Shown here one piece after another: positions 25,974 through 35,633 of a DNA stretch of 62,400 bases. How positions within the stretch are numbered: position 1 is the first letter of the stretch; the number at the start of each line of letters is the position of its first letter. The stretch spans positions 1-62,400 of the forward strand of contig JAUYKW010000005.1 in the NCBI GenBank assembly GCA_030698395.1, written 5' to 3'. This DNA comes from a bacterium. Lineage in GTDB: Bacteria; Patescibacteriota; Patescibacteriia; UBA9570. The position numbers and the translations under genes were made by a program. The notes beneath the pieces were generated by a model. That model made no database searches. It worked only from the letters and a program-made list of their open reading frames with translations, and was not told the DNA's origin.

Positions 25974-28674
25974 TCATTCAGATAAAGCTGGAAAGTTAGG
26001 AGTACCGCGTTCCAACGTTGTTGATTTACGTAGTGTTACTTTGAGTAAGCAGGAAGCTGGAAAACAGAAGAAAAAGGCTAAAGTTGCTAAGAAAGAAGTT
26101 AATCGAGAGTTAAGCTGGTTACAGCGGAGAAAAATTGAAAAACAAGAACGTCTTATTTCCGAACAAAGACAGAGATCAGTCTCTATAAAACGACCAGCTG
26201 TAGCTGAGGTAATAGCTGAAAAAACAAATAATAGTACTGATATTTCAACGGATGAAGTAGAATTAGTTGCTGCGCCAGTACCAGATAAAGCAAAAATTCA
26301 TCGTCCAGATAATGAACAATTGAATTTTGAAAATCAAGTTGATGCTTCTACGGTAGTGGTACAAACAAAGCAACAGAAAAAAGCTGATAAAGAAGCATTA
26401 TTAGAAGCAAAACAGCGTGCCAAAGAAGATCTCAGAGCAGAACGTTTAAAATTCAAAATAGCTAAGAAAGATAAATCACAAAATCGGACATTTTCAACTG
26501 GTCAGCTTTGGCAACAGACAGCACGATCAGCAACTCTTTTCGTAGTTGTTTGTATTGTGTTGGTATCACCATTTGCCTCTATGGCATTTTATAAGCATGT
26601 CAGTACTATTAGGGATGAAGTAATTCAGGTATCAGAAGATGCAGTAGTAAGTTTAGCTCAAGGTGGTGCATCGGCAAGTGATTTAGATTTTATTCAAGCT
26701 CAAGAATCTTTCGGAGAGGCTACCACGGATTTTAAAGTTGCTCATGAACAGTTAGTATCTGTTAGTAGCGTACTTGCACCAATTGTTAAAATTATTCCAG
26801 AAGCAGGTGGACAGTACAATAGTGCTGAGAACATATTAATAGCGGGAGAGAATATTTCAGCTTCTGCAGAGGATGTTACAAAGGCTTTTACGATTCTGAC
26901 GAATTTGAGTGCAAATCCTTTTTCTTCTGAGGAATTGAATTCCGAGTTATCTTTGACTGATCTTTTAGTAATAGCACATTCATCGTTAAGGCCAGCAGCA
27001 CCTCGATTAGAGCGGGCAGCGATAGCTTTAAACGAAGTTGATATTGAGCATTTTCCAGAGGAGTATAGGGCTGATTTGCAATTTGCTAAAGATGTTGTAC
27101 CAACAATATCTCGTTCTGTTAATCAGTTATTGTCCTTAAATGAGAGCATGCTAACAATATTAGGACATGAAGAATCAAAGCGATATTTAGTTTTATTTCA
27201 AAATAATAGAGAAATTAGAGCATCTGGTGGTTTTATCGGAAGTTTTGCTGTGGTAGAAATTCGGAAGGGTCAAGTTAAGAGCATTGAGATACCAGGCGGT
27301 GGTCCGTATGATTTGTTAAATAATTTAACGGCGAATGTTATTTCTCCACAACCGTTACATTACGTTAATCCACATTGGCAAATGCAAGATGCTAATTGGT
27401 GGCCAGATTTTGCAATGTCTGCGCAGAAGGTGCAATGGTTTTATTTGAAGAGTGGGGGATCTAGCGTTGATGGGGTTATTTCTTTAACACCAGATATTAT
27501 TGAACAAATGCTAGCTATCACAGGTCCAATCGCTATGCCGGAATATGCTGGTACTTTGGATGATACTACGGATGGAACTATGGACGAGGAATCATTAGAT
27601 GAAGAGGAGACAGATACTGATACAGCAGAAGATGAAAATGAGGAAGCAGATTCTGTTGATGAGGATGATGTCGAAACAGAAGTTGCAGATGAAGACGATG
27701 TTAATGAAGAAGAAGTAGAAGATGAAACTTTAGAATTAACTGATGAGTATCTAATAACATCAGATAATTTCTATAGAGTCACTCAAGAGCAAGCTGAGCG
27801 TAAGTATGACGATACTAAAGAATCAAAAAAGTTTATTGCAGATCTTACACCGCGTTTATTAAGCAAATTGTTTGCTCTCGAAACGGAAAATTTCCTACCT
27901 GTATTGCAAGTATTTTATAATTCATTAATTGAAAAGGATCTCTTGGTTTATTTTAATGATCCCTTTATTCAAAATGAAATGAGTAGTCTAGGATGGACTG
28001 GTGAATTAAAGGATACTAGTAACGATTATTTGATGGTAGTTGATACAAATATTGCCGGCGGAAAAACTGATCATAAAATATCAGTAACCATAGAACACGA
28101 AGCAACTATTCAAGAAAGCGGTAAGATAATAGATAAAGTTACAGTAACTAGAATGCATGATGGTGCTTCTGGTGACGAACTTGAGGATGTGAAGAATATG
28201 GATTATATAAGATTTTATGTTCCTGAAGGTAGTAATTTAATAAGTTCAGAAGGCTTCACTCAGCCAGCAAGAAATTTATTATTGGAACCAGAAGAAAATT
28301 ATGTCTTGGATGAAGATTTAGTAGCGATTTCTGGAGATACTTTAATTGATGAAAATAGTAGTACTCGAATTAATAATGAATTAGGCAAAACTGTTTTTGG
28401 AAACTGGATAGAAACTAGTCCAGGAGAAACAAGCAAGGTAACGATTGAATATGAATTACCTTTTAGAATTGATATGGATGGAATATTAAAACCTGTTGAT
28501 AGTTATAGTTTATTAGTGCAGAAGCAACCTGGTTCGTTCGATCCATTGTTGCAAACAAGTGTGAACTTTCCAAGTAAATACTCTATCCGTTGGTCATATC
28601 CTGAAAACTCTAAAGGAATGCTTCATAGGGAATTAACTAAGGATGCCTACGTTGGCTTAGTTTTAGAACAATAA
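25930..28674 (+). CDS. DUF4012-like membrane-anchored protein with basic N-terminus and an acidic insertion
   Basis: 914 aa with one TM helix around residue 200. The motif LVLFQNNREIRASGGFIGSF matches my recollection of the DUF4012 core. A D/E-rich insertion is encoded at about nt 27555-27750. Confidence 0.65.
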   Translation: MSQFSPNLKPKSLHNHSDKAGKLGVPRSNVVDLRSVTLSKQEAGKQKKKAKVAKKEVNRELSWLQRRKIEKQERLISEQRQRSVSIKRPAVAEVIAEKTNNSTDISTDEVELVAAPVPDKAKIHRPDNEQLNFENQVDASTVVVQTKQQKKADKEALLEAKQRAKEDLRAERLKFKIAKKDKSQNRTFSTGQLWQQTARSATLFVVVCIVLVSPFASMAFYKHVSTIRDEVIQVSEDAVVSLAQGGASASDLDFIQAQESFGEATTDFKVAHEQLVSVSSVLAPIVKIIPEAGGQYNSAENILIAGENISASAEDVTKAFTILTNLSANPFSSEELNSELSLTDLLVIAHSSLRPAAPRLERAAIALNEVDIEHFPEEYRADLQFAKDVVPTISRSVNQLLSLNESMLTILGHEESKRYLVLFQNNREIRASGGFIGSFAVVEIRKGQVKSIEIPGGGPYDLLNNLTANVISPQPLHYVNPHWQMQDANWWPDFAMSAQKVQWFYLKSGGSSVDGVISLTPDIIEQMLAITGPIAMPEYAGTLDDTTDGTMDEESLDEEETDTDTAEDENEEADSVDEDDVETEVADEDDVNEEEVEDETLELTDEYLITSDNFYRVTQEQAERKYDDTKESKKFIADLTPRLLSKLFALETENFLPVLQVFYNSLIEKDLLVYFNDPFIQNEMSSLGWTGELKDTSNDYLMVVDTNIAGGKTDHKISVTIEHEATIQESGKIIDKVTVTRMHDGASGDELEDVKNMDYIRFYVPEGSNLISSEGFTQPARNLLLEPEENYVLDEDLVAISGDTLIDENSSTRINNELGKTVFGNWIETSPGETSKVTIEYELPFRIDMDGILKPVDSYSLLVQKQPGSFDPLLQTSVNFPSKYSIRWSYPENSKGMLHRELTKDAYVGLVLEQ

Positions 28675-28678
28675 ATTC

Positions 28679-30280
28679 ATGGTGCGGATAGTTCTGCGCA
28701 AATTATCATCCACGATTATGGGCGGGGCTATTATTATTGGCTCGGCATCCATACTTTCGAGGATAGTTGGTTTGGCAAGAGACAATTTATTAGCTAAGTA
28801 TTTTGGTGCAAGTGCTACTTTAGATGTATATAATGCTGCATTCAAAGTTCCTGATTTATTATTCAATATTTTAGTATTAGGTGCGCTTTCGGCATCTTTT
28901 ATTCCGGTTTTTATTGAACGGCGAGAAAAATCTGGTGAGGCAGATGCATTTAAAACTGTTAATGCTTTACTAAATTTTTTGTTAGTAGCAGTGTTGATAT
29001 GTATAGCTATTAGTTATATTTTTGCACCTGCTTTTGCAAATTTTTTAATGGCAGAAAGATCCGTTGATCAACAAGTAACTACGGCTTTACTAATGAGAGT
29101 GATGTTAGTGAGTTTGATATTTTTTGCTGTAAGTAATGTAATATCTGGCGTGCTTAATTCTTATCGTCGTTTTTTAGCTTATGCAATTGCACCAATTTTA
29201 TATAATGTTGGAATCATAATTGGTATTACTGTATTTTTTCCTAGGGTGGGTATTATTGGATTAGCGTATGGAGTAGTACTAGGTGCATTTATGCATATGT
29301 TGATTCAAATTCCAGCTTTGCTTAGAACTGGTTTTCGCTATCGATTCATATGGGATATTTCATTGCCAGGAGTTAGAAAAATATTAAAGTTGATGCCACC
29401 GCGTGCTTTAGCTTTAGGTATTGTGCAAATAAATGCGTTGATAATTGCAGCATTTGCATTACGTCTAGAAGAGGGAAGCTTAGCAGTTTGGACATGGGCT
29501 GATAATTTACAGCACTTTCCAATTAATGTGTTTGGTGTGTCTTTAGCATTATCTTCATTCCCGGTTTTTTCACAGGCTTTTGCAGAAAAAGATATGGCCA
29601 AGTTTAAAAATGTATTTTCAGAAAACTTTCGGAGAATTATGTTTTTTATAATTCCTATTAGTATTGGCTTCTTATTATTGCGCGCTCAGGCTGTGCGATT
29701 AATTTTAGGATCTTTTGGCGGTGGTCAGTTTGATTGGAATGCTACAATTTTAACTGCTCAAATTTTAGGTTTATTTTCCATTTCTATGTTTGCTCAAGCT
29801 TCAATTCCTTTGTTGGCTAGATCTTTCTTTGCTCATCATGATACTAAGACGCCGGTTTACATAAGTATTTTTGTAATGATAATAAACGTATTGTTAGCAT
29901 GGTCATTATCAAGCTATTTTGGTATTTATGGCTTAGCTGCAGCTTTTTCTTTTAGTAGCTTACTAAGCATGTTATTGTTATTGACTGTGTTACGTTTAAA
30001 ATTTGGTGATCTGGATGATAAACGGATCATAAAATCTGTTTGGCAGATTGTATCTGCGGCTTTAATAATGGGATTAGTTGTGCATGGATTGAAGTATTTC
30101 ATAGCTCCATTAGTGGATATGAAGACGTTCGTAGGGATATTTACTCAAACTTCTGTTAGTATTGTTGGTGGTGCATTAGTTTATATAGGTTTAGCCTTTT
30201 TACTAAAATTTGACGAAGTTGCAATTATTAGGGAATATATAAGCAAAATTAAGCAAGCGATTAAGAAATCTCAACAATAA
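28679..30280 (+). CDS. murJ: Lipid II / glycan flippase MurJ (MviN)
   Basis: 533 aa, about 14 TM helices. N-terminal SRIVGLARDNLLAKYFGASATLDVYNAAFKVPDLLFNILVLGALSASFIPVF is typical of MurJ. Confidence 0.85.
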   Translation: MVRIVLRKLSSTIMGGAIIIGSASILSRIVGLARDNLLAKYFGASATLDVYNAAFKVPDLLFNILVLGALSASFIPVFIERREKSGEADAFKTVNALLNFLLVAVLICIAISYIFAPAFANFLMAERSVDQQVTTALLMRVMLVSLIFFAVSNVISGVLNSYRRFLAYAIAPILYNVGIIIGITVFFPRVGIIGLAYGVVLGAFMHMLIQIPALLRTGFRYRFIWDISLPGVRKILKLMPPRALALGIVQINALIIAAFALRLEEGSLAVWTWADNLQHFPINVFGVSLALSSFPVFSQAFAEKDMAKFKNVFSENFRRIMFFIIPISIGFLLLRAQAVRLILGSFGGGQFDWNATILTAQILGLFSISMFAQASIPLLARSFFAHHDTKTPVYISIFVMIINVLLAWSLSSYFGIYGLAAAFSFSSLLSMLLLLTVLRLKFGDLDDKRIIKSVWQIVSAALIMGLVVHGLKYFIAPLVDMKTFVGIFTQTSVSIVGGALVYIGLAFLLKFDEVAIIREYISKIKQAIKKSQQ

Positions 30281-30290
30281 TATAAGTATA

Positions 30291-31949
30291 ATGAAATACT
30301 TTTTTCAGCGACATAGGTGGAACTTACTAGGATTGACAGTGTTGTTTATAGTATCAACTTTGCCATTTCTTTCTAAGACACCTTTTAACTGGGATGCTGC
30401 GCAGTTTGTTTTGGGTGTGGAGCACTTTTCAGTAAATATGCATCAACCGCATCCCCCAGGATATCCATTATATGTTGGATTAGGGAAGGTGCTAGCTTTG
30501 ATTACATCTTCACATACTGCTTTGCTTATTATTACTGTATTGATTGCTGCCGTCACAATTTTGGTTTTATACATATTGGTATTACGAATTTGGTCCCAAC
30601 GTTGGTTAGCAACTGTAGTGGCAGGAGCGTTTATGTTGAATCCATTATTTTGGTTGTACCGTGAGGTTAGTCTTACGTATGTAGTTGATACATTTACTGG
30701 TACATTGTTGGCTTTGCTTACTTATAATGTTATTACTCATTTGCCTGATGGATCATATCGTAAATTTTTGTATGCCAGTTCTGTATTCTTAGCTTTGGGT
30801 GCAGGTTTTCGGCCATCAATGTTTTTCATGCTACTACCGTTATTGGTTGTGCAGTGGACATATGTTTGGCTAAAGACGAAACAGTGGAAGCCAATATTGG
30901 TCGCTGCGATAGTTGTTGGTGTAGGCGTATTAATATGGTTCATACCACTGGTCACAATATCTGGCGGATTAAAGGAATATAGAATTGATTCTTCACGTCA
31001 GTTTAGAGATGCAGCTGCAACTACATCTGTATTTTATGGTGCAACATGGAAAGATACGGGCACACAAGTGATGTTCATTATCGAAACAATATTTGCATCT
31101 TTAAATACTTTGATGATTCCAGTTATTGGCGCATTAGCATGGTTGATTTATCGACTTATTGTTAAAAAATGGCATCAGAAATGGTCTTTATTTTGGATTA
31201 TCTTTGGCTGGACCGTTGTGCCAGTAATAATTTATACTTTGCTACATTTTGCACAAATTGGATATGCATTAATATTTTTACCATTATTTTATTTGGTGCT
31301 AGCAGCTATATTGAATTTTGTTAACTTAATAAGTAATCGCATATTAAGACAAATTAGTTTTTTCTTAATGGCAATTTGTATTGCAATAAATGCTGGAGTA
31401 TTCTTATTGTTTACGCCAACATTTGGTCATCCAGATTTTATACCAACTCGGAGAATTGATTTCATTCTACAAACGATGGCCCGTAAATCTGATGTGTTAT
31501 TCAAGATGAATGCTACGATAATTCAGAAAAGAGATGATAGCATAACCGATTTTAATGAAGTGATTACAGCGTATTCACCAGATGAGATATTAGTAGTTGC
31601 TAGTAGAAATATTTTTTATCCAGCAAAAATAAACCAATTACCTGTAAGAAATGATGAGATATTTCGTGAACTCAGTGCAACTCTTCCAGATTATTATGTT
31701 TTTGAAATAGCGCCAGACCGAGATTATTATTTAGAGGCGCACAATAATGAGATGGAACTTATTTATGATACTACAATTACAGTTCCAGATTCTGTTAAAT
31801 ATGTATTATTTGCAGTTAATTGGTTAACTGATAGCGATAAACCAACTGGTATTTTAATTAGTAGGGAAGGTGAGCATTATATTGGAATAATGCAAAAACC
31901 TTTTACTTACAAAGGATTCACAGTCCAACAAGAAAAAGATATAAAATAA
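30291..31949 (+). CDS. GT-C fold membrane glycosyltransferase-like protein (DUF2723/ArnT-PMT-like)
   Basis: 552 aa, multi-TM. The first loop carries WDAAQF...HPPGYPLY, reminiscent of DUF2723/GT-C enzymes. C-terminal soluble domain. Confidence 0.55.
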   Translation: MKYFFQRHRWNLLGLTVLFIVSTLPFLSKTPFNWDAAQFVLGVEHFSVNMHQPHPPGYPLYVGLGKVLALITSSHTALLIITVLIAAVTILVLYILVLRIWSQRWLATVVAGAFMLNPLFWLYREVSLTYVVDTFTGTLLALLTYNVITHLPDGSYRKFLYASSVFLALGAGFRPSMFFMLLPLLVVQWTYVWLKTKQWKPILVAAIVVGVGVLIWFIPLVTISGGLKEYRIDSSRQFRDAAATTSVFYGATWKDTGTQVMFIIETIFASLNTLMIPVIGALAWLIYRLIVKKWHQKWSLFWIIFGWTVVPVIIYTLLHFAQIGYALIFLPLFYLVLAAILNFVNLISNRILRQISFFLMAICIAINAGVFLLFTPTFGHPDFIPTRRIDFILQTMARKSDVLFKMNATIIQKRDDSITDFNEVITAYSPDEILVVASRNIFYPAKINQLPVRNDEIFRELSATLPDYYVFEIAPDRDYYLEAHNNEMELIYDTTITVPDSVKYVLFAVNWLTDSDKPTGILISREGEHYIGIMQKPFTYKGFTVQQEKDIK

Positions 31950-31950
31950 T

Positions 31951-33732
31951 ATGAAGTTAGAAAGTATCCGTAATTTTTGTATAATTGCTCATATTGATCA
32001 TGGAAAAAGTACTTTAGCTGATAGATTGCTAGAAGTTACTGGTACTATTTCTCAGCGTGAAATGCAAAATCAAATGCTTGATACGATGGACTTGGAAAGA
32101 GAGCGTGGTATTACCATTAAATTGCAACCAGTAAGAATGAACTATGAAGGATATCAGCTGAATTTAATTGATACGCCTGGCCATGTAGATTTTACATATG
32201 AAGTTTCACGTTCATTAGCATGCTGTGAAGGCGCATTGTTAATAGTTGACGCTACGCAAGGTATGGAGGCACAAACTATGGCTAATTTATACTTGGCCAT
32301 TGATCAGGATCTTGAAATAATTCCAGTTATTAACAAAATTGATTTACCAGCTGCTGACGTGGAAAAAGTTTCCGCAGAAATTCAGCATATTCTTGGTTGT
32401 AAAAAAGAGGAAATTATTTCAGTGTCTGCGAAAACAGGCGAGAATGTAGAGTCAATTTTAAAAGCAGTGATAGATAGAATACCTCCTCCTGTATCAAAGT
32501 TGGATAAAACAAAAGCTCTAATTTTTGATTCTAGTTTTGATGATTACAGAGGTGTAATCGCATATGTTAGAGTAATTGATGGAGAAATAAAAAAAGGTGA
32601 TGCACTAACATTTATGGTTAATGCGAAGTCAACGGAAGCTACAGAGGTTGGATATTTTTCACCACGACAAAAAAGTAAGGAGAAACTTACTGCTGGTGAA
32701 ATTGGTTATATTGTAACGGGCTTTAAAGACGTTTCTGATTGTAGAGTAGGTGATACTGTTACATTACAAAAATATCCCGCTGAAGAACCTCTTGATGGTT
32801 ATGCAGATGTAAAACCTATGGTGTTTGCAGGTATTTTTTGCAAAGAAGGAGATGATTATTCAGATTTGCGAGAAGCGTTAGGTAAGTTGAAGTTAAATGA
32901 TGCAGCACTTACTTACGAACCGGAACATGCCAAAGCTTTAGGTTTTGGTTTTCGTTGCGGTTTTCTTGGTTTGTTACATTTGGATGTAGTACAAGAAAGA
33001 TTATCAAGAGAATACAACTTAGATTTAATTGTTACCGCACCATCGGTAGCATATCAAGTAATTGGAACTGACGGTGGGTCTCAAATTATTGCATCACCGC
33101 TAGATTTACCAGATCCCACGAGGATAGCTAGCATTGAAGAACCTATGATGGTGGTGGATATTGTTACACCTGCAGAATACATTGGTGGAATTATGCAACT
33201 CTTACAGGAAAAACGAGGTCAGCCTACTTCTTCCGAAATGGAGTATCTAGACAAAGAGAGAGTGATAATACATTATGTCTTACCTTTATCTGGTATTGTG
33301 GTAGATTTTTATGATCGATTAAAAAATATTTCATCTGGATATGCCTCGATGAACTATGAATTTCACGAGTATCAAGAGTGTAAAGTTAGAAGAATGGACA
33401 TCTTGGTAGCTGGTGACCCAATTGAAGCACTGGCTACAATTGTATATGTAGATGAAGGTGAGAGGATAGGTCGTAAAGTAGTTGAAGCATTAAAAGCAGT
33501 ATTACCTCGACAACAGTTTGAAGTTCGCATTCAAGCGGCTTTTAGTGGTAAAATAATCGCATCAGCAAAGATACCGGCCATGAGAAAAGATGTTACTGCT
33601 AAATTGTATGGTGGAGATGTTACGAGAAAAAGAAAATTATTAGAAAAGCAGAAAAAAGGAAAAGCTAAAATGAAAGCTATGGGAAAAGTTGATATACCAA
33701 AAGAAGCTTTCTTATCAGTATTAAAAAGGTAA
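31951..33732 (+). CDS. lepA: Elongation factor 4
   Basis: 593 aa. NFCIIAHIDHGKSTLADR and DTPGHVDF G-motifs plus a LepA-specific C-terminal region. Confidence 0.95.
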   Translation: MKLESIRNFCIIAHIDHGKSTLADRLLEVTGTISQREMQNQMLDTMDLERERGITIKLQPVRMNYEGYQLNLIDTPGHVDFTYEVSRSLACCEGALLIVDATQGMEAQTMANLYLAIDQDLEIIPVINKIDLPAADVEKVSAEIQHILGCKKEEIISVSAKTGENVESILKAVIDRIPPPVSKLDKTKALIFDSSFDDYRGVIAYVRVIDGEIKKGDALTFMVNAKSTEATEVGYFSPRQKSKEKLTAGEIGYIVTGFKDVSDCRVGDTVTLQKYPAEEPLDGYADVKPMVFAGIFCKEGDDYSDLREALGKLKLNDAALTYEPEHAKALGFGFRCGFLGLLHLDVVQERLSREYNLDLIVTAPSVAYQVIGTDGGSQIIASPLDLPDPTRIASIEEPMMVVDIVTPAEYIGGIMQLLQEKRGQPTSSEMEYLDKERVIIHYVLPLSGIVVDFYDRLKNISSGYASMNYEFHEYQECKVRRMDILVAGDPIEALATIVYVDEGERIGRKVVEALKAVLPRQQFEVRIQAAFSGKIIASAKIPAMRKDVTAKLYGGDVTRKRKLLEKQKKGKAKMKAMGKVDIPKEAFLSVLKR

Positions 33733-33736
33733 ATAT

Positions 33737-35632
33737 ATGTTTAAACTAGATTATGTTAAGAAAGTATTGGTAGCTAGTATAGTTTTTATATTATTTCCTG
33801 GAAGTGTATTTGCCACTGCAACAACGTTAGAAGATTTGGGTATATTTAATGGCGAAGAAACTTCGGATGCGGTGGGAAGTAGAGTGGCTAATGTTGGTGA
33901 TGTAAATGCAGATGGTTATGAGGATGTAGTGGTAGCTGCAACATCGAATGGGGAAAATAATGTAGGAGCAGTATATTTGATTTATGGCAGAGATCGTAGA
34001 TATGCAGATAATAACTTAGGAGATGATAATACTAATTTTGTAAAATTCTATGGTTCAACTAATGATGATAGGTTAGGAAGTTCTGTTTCAGGTGCAGGTG
34101 ATATTAACGGTGATGGCTACAGTGATTTTATTATTGGAGCTAAGTATCAGAACGGTAAGGGAATTGATTCAGGTGCAGCGTATATAATATATGGTAAAGC
34201 TGATAAGTATGTAGATACCGAAGTTTCAGTATTTCCAAAGTATTTTGGTGATGGCGCACGTAATTTTATCGCAGAATCTGTTTCTGGAGGAGGTGACGTT
34301 AATGGAGATGGCTACGATGATTTATTAATTGGTGCTCCTTATGTTTCTTCTCGAAGAGGAAGCGCATATTTGATTTATGGATCTGCAACTGAGTTGTCTG
34401 GTGGTAATGTAAACGAGGCAGTTGAGTTTTCAGGTGAATCTAAGTATAACTATGCTGGTCAATCCGTGGCTTTTGCGGGAGATATTAATGGTGATGGTTA
34501 CGATGACATGTTAGTTGGAGCCTATAGAAATAGTACATCAGGCTCGAAGGCTGGGGCAGTTTATATTATTTATGGCAAGGCAGAAAGTTTTGTTAATCAA
34601 TCACTTGCAGATGCAGTTAAAATTACTGGCGAGACTTCTGGAGATAATCTAGGTAGCGCAGTGTCTACAGCTGGAGACGTTAACAACGATGGTTATGATG
34701 ATTTCCTGCTCGGTGCACACTTGAATGATTATTCTGGTCACAGTGCTGGATCGGCATATTTATTTTATGGGCAAGCAGCTAGCTATACTGCTACCAGTGC
34801 TAGCGACGGTGTGCGGTTTTATGGTCATCGAGAGGATGATTATGTAGGTTTTTCATTTGCCCCAATAGGAAATGCAAATAATGATGAGTATGATGATTTT
34901 ATAATTGGTGCACCTTCGAATCATTCACTCCGTGGAGGAAATGCATATATTATTTATGGACAAGCTGAAGCGTTAACAGACAAAAAGATTTCTAATGCTG
35001 AAGGTTTTGAAGGTGAGGTGCGTCAGGATAGAGCAGGAATATCAGTTGCTGGGGCGGATTTAAATGGTGATGGTCAGAGTGATTTATTAATTGGTGCTCG
35101 AAATTATGGAGGCTTTAAAGAAGGAGCAGGAGCTTTATATGTGGGGTATCTGCCAATTCATAATTGTGAAAACTCGGTAGCTTTGGGTGGTATTCTAGCT
35201 GATTATCCAACTTCAGATTATAAACTGCGTAAATATAAAAAGAATAAACGTTTACGTATTGTTGTTGAAAGACGAGGTCGACAAGCATTTTTAGTTAATT
35301 GCAAAACAGATAAGATTATCCAGACTTTAAATTTTAATGATACTGCCCAACGAAAAATTTTAGCTAGGGTATTTTCCAAGTGGAATAAGCCTTTGTTTGT
35401 TGCAGTTACACGTACCCGAAATAAACGAAATATTAAGATTTACTTGTATCAGCAAAAAAAGAAAAAACTAGTTCAAACAGATTATCTAAAGAGAAAATGG
35501 AGACCACGAGGTTTACGCTTAAAGCTGAATCGTCGACACCAGATTGTTTTAGAAAAAGGAGCAGAGAAAAAACATACGGTTAAATATAGTGTAAATGGTG
35601 AGTTGAAGTTACATTTAGAAACTGATAATTAA
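33737..35632 (+). CDS. Secreted FG-GAP (integrin-alpha-like) 7-blade propeller protein with a very basic C-terminal domain
   Basis: 631 aa with a signal peptide. Seven repeats of GDxNGDGYDDxxIGA, then about 165 aa rich in K/R. Confidence 0.8.
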   Translation: MFKLDYVKKVLVASIVFILFPGSVFATATTLEDLGIFNGEETSDAVGSRVANVGDVNADGYEDVVVAATSNGENNVGAVYLIYGRDRRYADNNLGDDNTNFVKFYGSTNDDRLGSSVSGAGDINGDGYSDFIIGAKYQNGKGIDSGAAYIIYGKADKYVDTEVSVFPKYFGDGARNFIAESVSGGGDVNGDGYDDLLIGAPYVSSRRGSAYLIYGSATELSGGNVNEAVEFSGESKYNYAGQSVAFAGDINGDGYDDMLVGAYRNSTSGSKAGAVYIIYGKAESFVNQSLADAVKITGETSGDNLGSAVSTAGDVNNDGYDDFLLGAHLNDYSGHSAGSAYLFYGQAASYTATSASDGVRFYGHREDDYVGFSFAPIGNANNDEYDDFIIGAPSNHSLRGGNAYIIYGQAEALTDKKISNAEGFEGEVRQDRAGISVAGADLNGDGQSDLLIGARNYGGFKEGAGALYVGYLPIHNCENSVALGGILADYPTSDYKLRKYKKNKRLRIVVERRGRQAFLVNCKTDKIIQTLNFNDTAQRKILARVFSKWNKPLFVAVTRTRNKRNIKIYLYQQKKKKLVQTDYLKRKWRPRGLRLKLNRRHQIVLEKGAEKKHTVKYSVNGELKLHLETDN

Positions 35633-35633
35633 A

